Origin: a virus
IMG/VR virus record: IMGVR_UViG_3300043788_000169
Span: 32,001-96,000 of that record
Strand: one strand, 5' to 3'
Length of the DNA: 64,000 nt
Shown here: positions 63,658 to 64,000 of the stretch, piece after piece
How the letters are laid out: every line of letters starts with the position of its first letter
Position numbering within the stretch: the stretch's first letter is position 1
Program-made: the position numbers and the translations under genes
Notes under the pieces: model-generated
Seen by the model: the letters and a program-made list of their open reading frames with translations, nothing else
Databases searched by the model: none
What the model was told of the DNA's origin: nothing

Positions 63658-63929
63658 GACGCCGGCCGCGGGGGAGCAATCCAGCATCCTGGCTGGCTCG
63701 CGTCGAAACGCTCATACCATGCATCGCTGGCAGCCTCCGCCTGTGCGTGCGCCTCCGCGCTGTCACGCGGCTGTGCGTCAAGCTCAGCCTGCCTAGCTGT
63801 GCGCTGGTGATACGCGAAATTCTGTTCCGCTATCCTGTTGTACGCTCCGCCCTGCGCGACGTGGCCACAAGTGCAGGTGATGAAACGCTCACCTAGCATT
63901 GTCCGGTCGCTGGAAATCTCGTGCTTCAT
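63654..63929 (-). CDS. hypothetical protein
   Basis: ATG after the conserved leader; CTCGH. Confidence 0.65.
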   Translation of the reverse strand: MKHEISSDRTMLGERFITCTCGHVAQGGAYNRIAEQNFAYHQRTARQAELDAQPRDSAEAHAQAEAASDAWYERFDASQPGCWIAPPRPAS

Positions 63930-63936
63930 GGTCCTA

Positions 63937-63996
63937 GCCTCCGTTTGTGGGCTTTGCTGTGTCCTCATTGTCTCATGCCGGTAGACACGTGTCAAC
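63937..63996 (-). promoter_or_regulatory. repeat copy 11 (TTGACA-N17-GACAAT) plus conserved leader
   Basis: Motif 63980-63996; AGCCCACAAACGGAGGC at 63937-63953. Confidence 0.75.
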
Positions 63997-64000
63997 CACA

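Noticed and set aside
56413-63996. Repeated 17-bp dyads as a CRISPR array
   Set aside because: Spacing is 0.5-2.7 kb, orientation is mixed, intervals contain genes, and no cas genes are present
1-64000. tRNA, integrase, terminase/portal, DNA polymerase or sigma factor genes
   Set aside because: None recognised in this window, so lifestyle and the late sigma cannot be determined; they may lie outside it

Overview
This 64 kb window is part of a large, very GC-rich tailed phage genome (siphovirus-like, most likely with an actinomycete host). No host housekeeping genes, integrase, tRNA or CRISPR array were seen. Layout: head and neck genes with a glycosyltransferase (1.8-13 kb); a roughly 16 kb non-structural block (NADAR, MazG-like, FHA, Rpf-like LysM protein, two HNH nucleases, putative lysis genes) that splits the morphogenesis region; tail genes (28.6-50.9 kb: major tail, chaperones with a -1 frameshift, a 2456-aa tape measure, Dit, a modular Tal-like protein carrying a spherulin-4/GH135 domain, two receptor-binding proteins); then an arm of small genes on both strands (WhiB, GIY-YIG-like, AAA_25, ArdA-like). 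The most notable structure is non-coding and two-tiered. (1) Eleven identical copies of the near-palindrome GTTGACACGTGTCTACC each fuse a perfect TTGACA -35 with an operator-like dyad. One copy appears to fire in both directions, and a conserved AGCCCA-N-AACGGAGG leader follows eight of the resulting promoters. (2) A separate CCGAT motif, resembling the sigma28/WhiG -10 but with no -35, sits 9 nt before many RBS-less structural starts. Two genes contain single-base frameshifts, either recoding or homopolymer sequencing errors. All functional calls are from motif recognition by eye; no database search was run.
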